Shown: one piece after another, positions 53,886-64,000 of the stretch
Layout of the letters: each line of letters opens with the position of its first letter
Numbering within the stretch: position 1 is the stretch's first letter
From: Kudoa neothunni
Taxonomy: Eukaryota; Animalia; Cnidaria
DNA: 64,000 nt
Direction of reading: 5' to 3'
Assembly (NCBI GenBank): GCA_964304625.1
Contig: OZ199838.1
Coordinates: forward strand, 14,501,707 to 14,565,706
The notes under the pieces: model-generated
The model's input: the letters and a program-made list of their open reading frames with translations, nothing else
Told to the model about the DNA's origin: nothing
The model's database searches: none
Made by a program: the position numbers and the translations under genes

Positions 53886-54724
53886 CAGTAGGTAACCAGT
53901 AGTACGTAATCCCTTCGGGACCGTAAAAGAAATTGCGTGTTATCGGTGAAAATTAATAGTACGCAATGAATTGCGCGCGATTGATCAATTATTTTACATT
54001 ATATTTTAACTTCTTATAATCAGAAAATCGTTAAATTTAATTAAAAAACACCGAAAATTGAAATTATATTATATTATTGAAATGAAATATAATATAATAT
54101 AATATAATCGATTACTCTTTTTTGAGTTAAACTCTTCGAAACAATATCATATATGTCTTCATCTAAGGAAGCCAAACTTATTGATTATTTCCTTTCGTGA
54201 TAGTCAAAAAATAATTTCAATTCTTTTACATGCTCCAGTGCTTTCATGAAACTGATTAGTCTGTTGTCACACGCATCCGTTGTCTGAGTTTCGGAGTCGA
54301 TTATATCGTTGTCAATATGGTTAACTTAACAAATATAATAAAAACTAGAAAAATTAATATTAAGGCTACCATTTATTGTAGACATAAAGAAAATCTTAAA
54401 ATGTTTGATTGTAGCAGCCTTAGCACAATTATAAGAGGACTGGAGTAATATTTTATTATAATTCTCTTCAGCGGTTCTGTATCTTGACCTAGAATTATTA
54501 CTCATTTTTAATAGTATAATATTTGAACACCTAAAATCAACCACAAAATTGCGAACTATTCGTGAGTCACGTGACAAACAAATGTGAAATTTCCGCGGGT
54601 TTTCATCTTATTTTTTAAATGTTCTAAACTTCAATATAATCATAAAATTATTATATAACTTATGCTTAAATTATTACGCAAAATATTGTGAAAACAGCAA
54701 ACTGCGTACTCTGGTGACCTACTG
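53886..54724. mobile_element. Internally deleted Tigger/pogo-type element
   Basis: TA|CAGTAGGTAACCAGTAGTACG ... CGTACTCTGGTGACCTACTG inverted termini; the right flank is CA rather than TA. Confidence 0.65.
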
Positions 54725-54955
54725 CATGTGTCACCTGAAAATCACTATCTTACGTATGTTTCCCCCCTAGTTTTTCGTGATTGTTTATAAAAAAATAATA
54801 GAATATCGGGAACAAAGATACAGCGAAAAATAACAACTTCTAAATTTTAGCAATTCTTCACCCGAACCCTGTCTGTCGGGTACATTTGCAATCTCCATTT
54901 TGTCGCAATAAACATTGAATATTCTGATTTTTCCAATTAACCATTAGTTTCGTAA

Positions 54956-55010
54956 TCTAATGCTAATGCTAATGCTAATGCTGATGCTAACGATAATAAT
55001 AATAATAATT
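54956..55010. repeat. (CTAATG)n plus (AAT)n microsatellite
   Basis: CTAATGCTAATGCTAATGCTAATGCTGATGCTAACG followed by ATAATAATAAT. Confidence 0.8.
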
Positions 55011-56174
55011 TAATTTCTCTATTTGATATACATATGACTTATTTAATGCAAGAATGAGTTTAATAAGGCATGTGTGAATGAGGTGGTTTCATCTGGTTTT
55101 TTCGGAGATGATACTTGTTTTCAGTAATCAATAAGTCAATAAAATTATTATATACATTATTAGATGAAGGATTTCTTCGAGATCTTCCTCGAATGTGTTC
55201 TAATTTTAATTATTTTTCAATAACAAAATGCCGAACTAATGTCAGTGTCAGAAGACTTATGCCGCATTGGGATCGTATGAGCGGAATGATTCTAATTATG
55301 TTTTTTTATTTTTGTAAAAATTAATAAGAATCTCTCCAAACCCGCTTTAATATGATTTCGGCGCGAAACTAAATTATCCCTGGAAAAGAGGTGTTCTTTT
55401 CAATTTCAAGTTGTCATGGTCCATCTCATACTCTAATAATAATAAAAAATATTTATTATTAGTGCATAAACAATTCTATTTTATCCGGATCTAATATGGA
55501 TATTGTGGAAAATAAAACGGCCACCCTTATTTAAAACTCTGAATCAAACTCACTTCTCCTATATACGATATGATGAACAGGCTATTTAAATTTGATCGCT
55601 AACACTGTAAGTCTAAAATATACAACCTAAATTTCAAGAAAATATGATTATCACAATTGGGAGAGTTTTATGCAAATTTTATTTACATGTTATGATTAAA
55701 AAGCTTTTCTCAAAAACTAACTAAATTCAACTGAAAATATCAAGAAAAACTGTTTGTCAAATATATTTTTCTATAATCCACTCATTACATTAATTGATGA
55801 TGGCGCGCTTAATACAAATTTAAATTATAAATTAACATTTATACATAATAAATTTGAGTAAGTTTATTTTAATGGTGACTATTCACCAATTCATCAGGAA
55901 CAAGTTAGGAAACAACTCAAAATTAGGGTTTGAATCAAAATAAACCATGTCAGGAGTGTTGTCTGAATTCAATAATTTCCAAAGTCCTTGAACTGATACT
56001 AAGTCAGAGTTATTCGCACAACTGCAGATTTGGATTAGAAACTCTGCCTTCCGCTATAAAGAATCAAAACGCCATAACAACGTTGAGAATTATGCACATT
56101 AAATTAATTAAAGCGTGAAATTAGATAATGCAAGTTATCAAAACAAACATTTTACAATACAAATAATACAAAAA

Positions 56175-56621
56175 TCAAAATGTATAAAAAAAATTTTTCT
56201 TGTAATAGTCGAGCACCGCTTGCGGTGCAAGCATCTTACATCGATCTGAATTTATCATCTGAACTGTAGGCTCTTTAGTGAATCTAACAAGGTAATAAGA
56301 TTCTCCTTCCATTCTTTTGAATCCTACAACACTTTCAACAGTGAATCGCTTGGAAAAACCATCCGTATCTGGTGGGTGTGGCTTAATTCCTTTGGAAATT
56401 GGACCATTTTTGGGTGGGGCTGTTTTTTCGATGTATCGATCAAAATTTCGGAAAATCTGCTGCTGATTTTTGAAATTTTTACCTTTTACCCACACAGGTG
56501 TAGTGTCCTCACCCTTCCATTTCACCAAATATTCATCTCCCGCTCTATGTCCAACCTTAGCAACTATATATTCAATTTCCTGATTTTCTCCGGTATTCGG
56601 TTCCGCCGATTCACTTACCAT
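56175..56621 (-). CDS. HP1/chromobox-like protein (chromo plus chromoshadow domain), intronless
   Basis: EIEYIVAK...EYLVKWKG...W chromodomain; GFSKRFTVESVVG...YLVRF...APQAVLDYYKK chromoshadow domain. Confidence 0.88.
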   Translation of the reverse strand: MVSESAEPNTGENQEIEYIVAKVGHRAGDEYLVKWKGEDTTPVWVKGKNFKNQQQIFRNFDRYIEKTAPPKNGPISKGIKPHPPDTDGFSKRFTVESVVGFKRMEGESYYLVRFTKEPTVQMINSDRCKMLAPQAVLDYYKKNFFYTF

Positions 56622-56799
56622 AATCGATAAAACACGACAGATTTAGTTATTCACAATAGAATAGTGAAATTGCTGCAACCTGATCTAGAATCGATGGGCA
56701 TTTGTTGCGCGCGCATTGGAAACAATATTTGTTAGCTGGAGAATTGATTCACAATTGATCGATGATAAATTTTATTTGATATTTTTAAATTTGATATGG

Positions 56800-57350
56800 C
56801 TTCGACATTGATAATTATCAGGCTCCAACATTTAGTACTTCCCCATAATAGATTATGAGTTAACCTCCTAATTAACTTGCACTAAAGGCAAGATACGCTA
56901 CAATAATCTGTAATTTGGGAACATATGGTTACTAATTTTTAGAGTATTTGGTGTTTTTGCGTTTTTTCTTCGTAAGCGACTAAAAATTTGTTATATGACC
57001 TTTCCATTTGAAGCAAATCTAACTTTTTTCAAAATCTAAAAAATCCATTTTCCACCTAATCGCATAAATGGCGTTGTATGGAACACCATAATCTCTATTT
57101 TAAACATTAGTTTCTATATTTCACTAGGAAGGAATATAAATGTGAACATCAATTCATAATAAAATTTAGTATATTTTTTATAATATTCTACCGAAGAAAT
57201 AACACAATGAGATCATAATTAACGATTGTTGTCCAGGTATATGGAATATTGTCCATTTCTTCGTATCCATGACACTTTTTCTTTCGCACTCCTGCATAGT
57301 TAAAGTACTCTAACTACTTTTAGCATTAAAAATTTTTGTAGGCAAAAGAT
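56800..57350 (-). pseudogene. Possible Tigger-like relic
   Basis: Fragments RKKKCHGYEEMDNI.YTW and RDYGVP...DFEKS resemble a CENP-B HTH; very degraded. Confidence 0.3.
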
Positions 57351-59026
57351 ATTTTATTAGAGGAAATTATTGAGCGTTAGTTGATAAATTGTCTCCTAAA
57401 CCGGATTTAATAGTGATTATTAATTGGGAAATAAATACATAATTGGATGACAGTTCCTAAAAATGATTCGAATTAAAAAAATTTTTTGGCTATTTATGGT
57501 TAATGAAATATTAATCTAATAATTTAAGAAAATTAAAATTAGATTTATTTTATAACTTTTTCACTCAATTTTTTCATTTTATTGAAATATTTTTGTGTAT
57601 TTTTCTTAAGATCTCTACATTACAGAAAAATTATATAAAGGCAAAAATCAAATAAATTCAACAAAATAGGTTAAGATGTGTTTATGAGCCGTTTGGAGTC
57701 GAAATATTCCCCATTTTATTTAGAGAGTTAAAATCAATTTTTTTATACGTAAATGATTAGAAAATTACAAACTAACTGATTTGAATCACTAGTTGGCATC
57801 TTTTTGCGCGAATCCAGTTGGATTACAAACTAGCGCTTAATTACTGTAAAGTTTTGCTTAAACTTAGATAAATATCGAATCAAATCGAACATTGTATGTT
57901 TTGCCAATAATGCGAACGAAACAAATAAAACTACATAAAACGCGCTGAAAAAAATTTAATTATTTTGTTTTTGTAGTTGCATTCATTTACCCTTAACCGG
58001 GGGTTCTCAACCGTTTTTCAAATTTACCCCCTCGGTCTGGTAAAAAATCCAAACTCAACCTTAACTTGGAAACCAACTTCGTATTTACTTTAAGTTTATA
58101 TACTAAGTTAGCTAAGACAGAAGCTATTTGCATGGTAAATTCTAATTTAAGAAGGCATGCACGCCTATGTAATGACAATTATTAATCTCAGCAACTCTTA
58201 TTCACAAGCTGTCTACAAATTTAATTTTTTTTTACTTGGCTGAATTAAATTATTCTAGGTCCATTTATTCTCTCGTGGGGGTTAGAAATAAATAAAAATG
58301 GTCAAAATTATACCAAACTTTATAATCACTTTAGTTCTCGTATATTTAAAAAAAAAATTATTTTTTAACTTGTATGCTTATTGGAACATTTTTGATAACT
58401 CGAATACGCGTCCGATTCGACGCACATTAGAATTTTGTAATTTGTACCACGTAACATACAGATTCCCGCCAGAAATTCCATTGGATGATGCAGCCACGGT
58501 GACTCTATATTGATATAAAAACGTTGCCGAAGAATTGTCTCGTTATTTTATTTGATTCAAAAATAAATTAAGATTAAGTATAATTATATCATTGACATAA
58601 AATGAATTTCAAATTGAAGAATTAAATAGAAATTGATTCGTAGAATAATTTTGAGTTTATGGATGCAAATAACGAGTGAAAAATTTATTTAACTGCGTAA
58701 TTTAATTAATATTATTTCCTTTGTTCTGAATATTAGAATTTGTAAGTGTATAATAACATTCAATCGATAATAACTAGATATATAAATAATTAAATGATAA
58801 CACCTATAAGTTGGTTAGCATGACCCCTCGAGAATTAAAGAAGAAGTGGCATCAAATAACGCTGTAAGGCAGCGGCTCTTAACCTGGGGTTCGTGAGCGG
58901 TTTCAATAAAATCTGAATGTGATATTATCATCATACATTCATTATATTTAGGTATTTTTTTACATTAACGCAATTATTAAAAATTGAAAACATATCCTTG
59001 TGTTATTATTCCTTAAAAATCCTTTA

Positions 59027-60142
59027 TCTACTATTCTACTATCTTCTATATATAAAAGCTAAAGTGTCCGTGTGTGTGTCCAAATTTTGTCCTTATAGAG
59101 AGATATTTAAGAATTCTTTTCAAAATCACAATGTTTCGAGAAACCGTTAAATCGTTTTTACACTATCAAATGTTCCCAGAAGTTTTTAGAAAATAGTGAT
59201 TTTGTCGATTCAAAATTTTTTTTATCGGATTACTTGAATTCAACAATAGGATTAACACCGGCTCATGTGGTGGTGAGGGTCGGTTGAGGTTGACATTCTC
59301 CCTTATATGCTCTATTAAATATCAATTAAGTGCTACCATCTGACTTTGTATATAAATTCAGCGTGTAAATTTAGGTGTTCGTACAAATACAATCTCTATA
59401 TCGGGAGTTTTAGCGTATTTGACTTGATAAATATATTTTAAAAGTTATATTGATGGCTTTAAATATGGCAAAAAGTCTGTATGTATTATTAATAGTGAAT
59501 GGTAAAGCATGCTATAATTAGATAGATTAAATCTTTAGAATACAAGTACTGTGTACGTAGATTTCATTGAAATCGTCCGCTAAGTTTAATTTTCTGAGAT
59601 TAAATTCAATGCAGATGGTTGAACTTTTACTTCATTCGATTATTCAAATTGTTTACGTTGAAGCTAACGCAATTTGTGGCTATTTATGGGAATAGATGCG
59701 TTAAGCTCTTGCCAGGCCAAAGAATATTAATTTGAGTAATAAAAAATTAATGTTCATCTATCTCTAATCTTGTTCTATTTATTTGTCTCCCGTAAACAGT
59801 GGAGCATAAACTTTCTGAGCCGGACCAAAAGTGACGTTTAGGGTAACATTTTAAATGGATTCAAATAATTCGGAAACAGAAAAAAATACGACATTGACAA
59901 TAAATTATTTAGCGTTGGTGCGGGGCAACGAAATTTTTAAATGAACGCCGGGATTGATACACTCCTGCACAGAAATGATCATGATTTAAATTTCGAAATC
60001 AAAACCAACCAAGTATGATGTTTAAAAAAATTTAGTTAGACTGCTTTTATAAATCTAATCGGAACAATATTTTTTTCGAATGTGATTAAGAAACGTCTCT
60101 ATGCGAAATCATCTCCGAGCAATGCTGGGCAGTTCGCGCTAG
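59027..60142 (+). mobile_element. Non-autonomous Helitron
   Basis: 5' A|TC...TCTATATATAAAAGC followed by a GTGTCCGTGTGTGTGTCC microsatellite; 3' CCGAGCAATGCTGGG hairpin then CTAG|T. A second copy of the 3' end lies at 42187-42510. Confidence 0.75.
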
Positions 60143-61356
60143 TATTTTATATTTATTATAAGATTCCCTTCTGTTATAATTTATTTTGTAAAAAAATCTA
60201 TAAAAACAAAATTTATTTGGTAGGCTATTTGATAACAACCAAAAATTTTCAAAAAATATTTCTTAATGTTGCAGATTATGCAGTTAGAATGATTATTCCT
60301 TTTACAACAACTTGTTATTGCTAAGCAAGATTTCCATATTGATTATCGTAAAAACAAGATTACGAAATCGCTTATGCGCGTGTTGTTTTTTCAAATTCTT
60401 TGTCAGAAATCTGTGAACTAATCGATAAAAAGCAACAACCAAAATCTCATTTAGTATTCTTCGATGTCTATTATTTACATAAAAAATAGTTTTTTGCATT
60501 AATCTCGTATTCTACTATATAATCATTCCTCTATTGTTAACTCATTATTTTAATTAACTCAATAATTAACAAAAATAGAAATTATATATAGCACAAATAT
60601 TTCGATAATTATAAGATCTTTTTTCACTGATAAATTTCTTATCGAGTTTATTTTTAATAATTTACAAATGTATATAGAATAATTCAGAAAATTACATAAA
60701 ATTTTTAATTCAAAATATTATGCGTCATTGTCTATGTTCGGTTAGAATTTTAATAATTACTAAAAAAATTTACTAGGAGAGGATTGAATAGTTCTTAATT
60801 ATATCTTGTTAATATCAAAAGTAATTCATGTCTTAGTAATTTGAATTTTTTAATACATATTTTAAAACGAAACCACTACATAATTAATTTAAATAATAAA
60901 TATTTTAACAAAATTTGGGAAATTACATAAATAATTTAAGTTAACTTTTTGGTTCTCAAGTTTTTCTTCTGCATCAAGAATTTTTTTAAACCAATATTAA
61001 AATTATATTTTTTTAAAAATAAATAATTTTAAATCTATTTTAATTTGTCCTCTAAGATGAACAATGTGGATGAAAGGATTAAAATATTTATATGTATGAT
61101 TGGATTATGCATTAAGACAAGATGGGGTCCGCAGGGAAAAAAAGTTAACAACCGCCGCTGTAAGGTTTAACCTAACTAAAAGTTCGACAGGAAAGTATTG
61201 CTCCAAAATATCATAATTTTCATTTCGACCCATTTCACATGCAAAATATAAGCATCGCGCATACAATACCACGAGATAATTCAAAATCAAGTAATCTACT
61301 AAACAACAAGAGAAGAAAATGTTAATGTTTTTAATTTCAAATGAATTATAAGTAGC

Positions 61357-63217
61357 TTATTCTGACAAGACCGCGCAGATTTTATCCAAACAATCATTTA
61401 GCACTTCTTTGGTTATTGTAAGCGGAGGTGAGAATCGAATTATATTTCCACGAGTAGGTTTGCACAAAATTCCAGCATCTCTTAGTTTCAAACAAATTCC
61501 CCATGCGTCACAGTCTAAAACAACCAGAGATGTCATCATTGTTTACAAAACAACAAAAAATAACGTTGAGTCTCGTTAATAATCACAGCATTCAGCAAAC
61601 CCTTTCCGCGCACATTTTCAATTAGATTGTTCTTAGATTTAGCTTCCAGAAGTCTTGATCGGAACATTTCACCAAGAGATTGAGCATTTTCGCATAATTT
61701 TTCCTCAATTATCACCTATATAAATTTTCTACTTAAAAATCCACTAGCGATAAAAAATAATACTTTAACCGCGCTCATAGCGATAGAAATTCCTAACGGA
61801 TTTCCACCATAAGTTGACCCATGCTAAAATAAATCCATCACACATAATTATAACAAGAATCAACCTCTCCAGGCTTAATACACAGCATTATATCGTCATC
61901 AGCAAGTGTTGCAGACACAGGATACACGCCACCGGACAAAGCCTTACCAAGACAAACGATATCAGGCCTAACACCTTCATGCTCACAACATAACATTCTT
62001 AATATGAATGATAGCAATGCTCTAATCAAATATCATCATTAATTTTACTTTCCAGTACGGCCAAGAGCAGTTTGCACTTCGTCAGCAATCATCAAAACCT
62101 ACATGAGAGAAGTAGCAAACTTCCAATAAAATTTGTGCAAAGTGACGACCATTTTCCCTCACAAATAAAACATAATCCCATTATTACATTTATCTTTGCT
62201 TTAATTAATTAATAATTAATTATTGTCAATAAATTAATATTATATTGTTTTAAATACTCTCACGCACGCGTACTTAGTTATGAGAGCGATTAAGTTGGGC
62301 GGGAAGCAGTCACATCCAATATAAAAAAAAGCAAATCTTCTACATTATACTTGGTACACAGATCACGCACCCCTTTGAGATAACCATTATCGGGAACAAC
62401 CACACCAGCTTCACCTTGAATAGGTTCAACCATAAAAGCACAAACATTTGGATCTTTTAATTGGTTCTAATTAGGATTTAAATTTAAATTAAGATGCGCA
62501 AGATTATGTGTATCGAACTTCGAGTGCTTCCAAGTCATTGTAGGGTATAATTTCAAATCCCGGCATAAACGGCCCGAATCCCTCGTAACATGAGGGATCA
62601 GTTGAAGATGATACAGCGGACAATGTTCTTCCCCAAAAGTTGTTTTCAGCAAACAAAACTTTGGCTTTGTATTGTGGGATCCCCTTAACTAGATATGCCC
62701 ATTTTCTGGCCAATTTTATGGCGGTTTCACCCGCTTCAACACCAGTATTCATAGGTAGACACTATCGAATGAATAATTGCACGGTGTTTATGTGAATTTG
62801 TGCAAATACTTTACTATAACCGAATGTATTGTGCATAAATTCATAGTAATGCGATAATTTATCGTTGTAGAAAGCTCTGCTTGTGAGCGTTAGTGTGTTA
62901 GCCTAATCGAGAAGGATTTTAGATTACTCATAATCCTACAACAACTAAATTTTTACCTGATCGGTTAGAGTTTTTAGTATTTTTGGGTGACAGTGACCTT
63001 GGTTGAGCGAGGAATATCCACTCAAAAAATCCACATACTTATTTCCTTCCACATCCCACACATGAATTCCAGATCCCTTATTAATGACCACTGGGATGGG
63101 TTTATAGTTGTGAGCGCCATACTTAAGTTCATTTGTAAAGTATTGTTCGGACACTGAAGAGATCAAATTTCTACGGCTGTGATTTTTAATGCTCGGCAAT
63201 CGTACCAACCTCCACAT
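61357..63217 (-). CDS. OAT: Ornithine aminotransferase, mitochondrial precursor (9 exons)
   Basis: [89 protein letters not shown] (PLP lysine), [17 protein letters not shown]. Arg-rich N-terminal presequence. Confidence 0.97.
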
Positions 63218-64000
63218 CGATTATTCTGTGATCTTGGCACGAGTTATAGTTATAGGAAGGTATTAGGTGTTATAATCTGTATTTATATAGTGATATATTT
63301 AAACCATTTTAATAGGTTGCTATGATTGCTTTCAAAAGGTTATTCCCTCAAAATATTGCTTCGTTTTAATATTTTTAAACGAAAGCTAAGGAAATAATTA
63401 ACAAGTTGCCTAGTTTTCAGTTGAGGATAATTCGGGTCTATTCGTTATCGCTCACAAGGTATCAAATGTAAACAAAATGGTTGGGAGATTAGACGATATG
63501 CTAGTTTCGGGTTTATCATAACATTTTTATTCTCATTTTGGATTGGAAATTTTCCACGCTGGATTAAAATTCAATTAACACATTCACGCTTTCTGCGTTC
63601 GAATTATTTCGCACTCTATTTTATTCAATTTTTTAATATATTTAATCCAATCATAAATAAAAATTTAAAATTGCTTCCGATGTAAAATTAAGTCAATGAA
63701 GGCAGCTCATCCTAAATATATTTTTTCGATTGCCAACGTAAAACTAGAACTTGAATTACATTTGTATTTTTATTAATTCACACTTTACTTTCAATTTACC
63801 TTTAATTCGTTCAAATCATTTGTTTCGAAAATTCAGGAGATTTTGTGAATAAGATATAATAAGAGGTGCTTAGTAAATTAACACCGTACGCATGCTGTAA
63901 AAAAATCAAAAATGTGCTGAATGTCACGTGAAATTATATCATGTTATTGTCACTATAGTTATCTATTTTGTTATTCATTTAGCTGGCATCAAAGATAAAA

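Noticed and set aside
54956-54990. Telomeric repeat
   Set aside because: Only ~5 internal CTAATG units, not a known telomere motif; a simple microsatellite.
63920-63932. GTCACGTG E-box as an OAT regulatory site (also at ~8389 and ~54566)
   Set aside because: Short motif that also occurs in or beside TEs; no supporting evidence.

Overview
This is very AT-rich eukaryotic DNA, probably from a reduced animal genome (for example a myxozoan, dicyemid or orthonectid parasite; inferred, not proven). Genes carry tiny (~38-60 nt) GT-AG introns and sit among many decayed transposons. Recognisable housekeeping genes are GDP-mannose 4,6-dehydratase (GMDS), TRAP-gamma (SSR3), an intronless HP1-like chromo/chromoshadow protein and ornithine aminotransferase (OAT). 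Two surface-protein loci stand out. (1) A tandemly duplicated ~830-aa type-I membrane protein is built from about six FN3-like modules, each carrying four cysteines and mostly bounded by phase-1 introns; the two copies differ in clustered amino-acid-changing patches separated by near-identical blocks. (2) A tandem pair of very divergent integrin-beta genes appears to lack the PSI domain, the MIDAS/ADMIDAS/SyMBS metal ligands and the NPxY tail motifs. Mobile DNA includes piggyBac elements and MITEs, a Tigger/pogo nested in a piggyBac, a long-TIR foldback, Tc1/IS630, hAT relics, a Merlin element with an 8-bp TSD, non-autonomous Helitrons and two copies of a structured tRNA-derived SINE. All gene models and family calls were made by eye without searches, so some boundaries are approximate.
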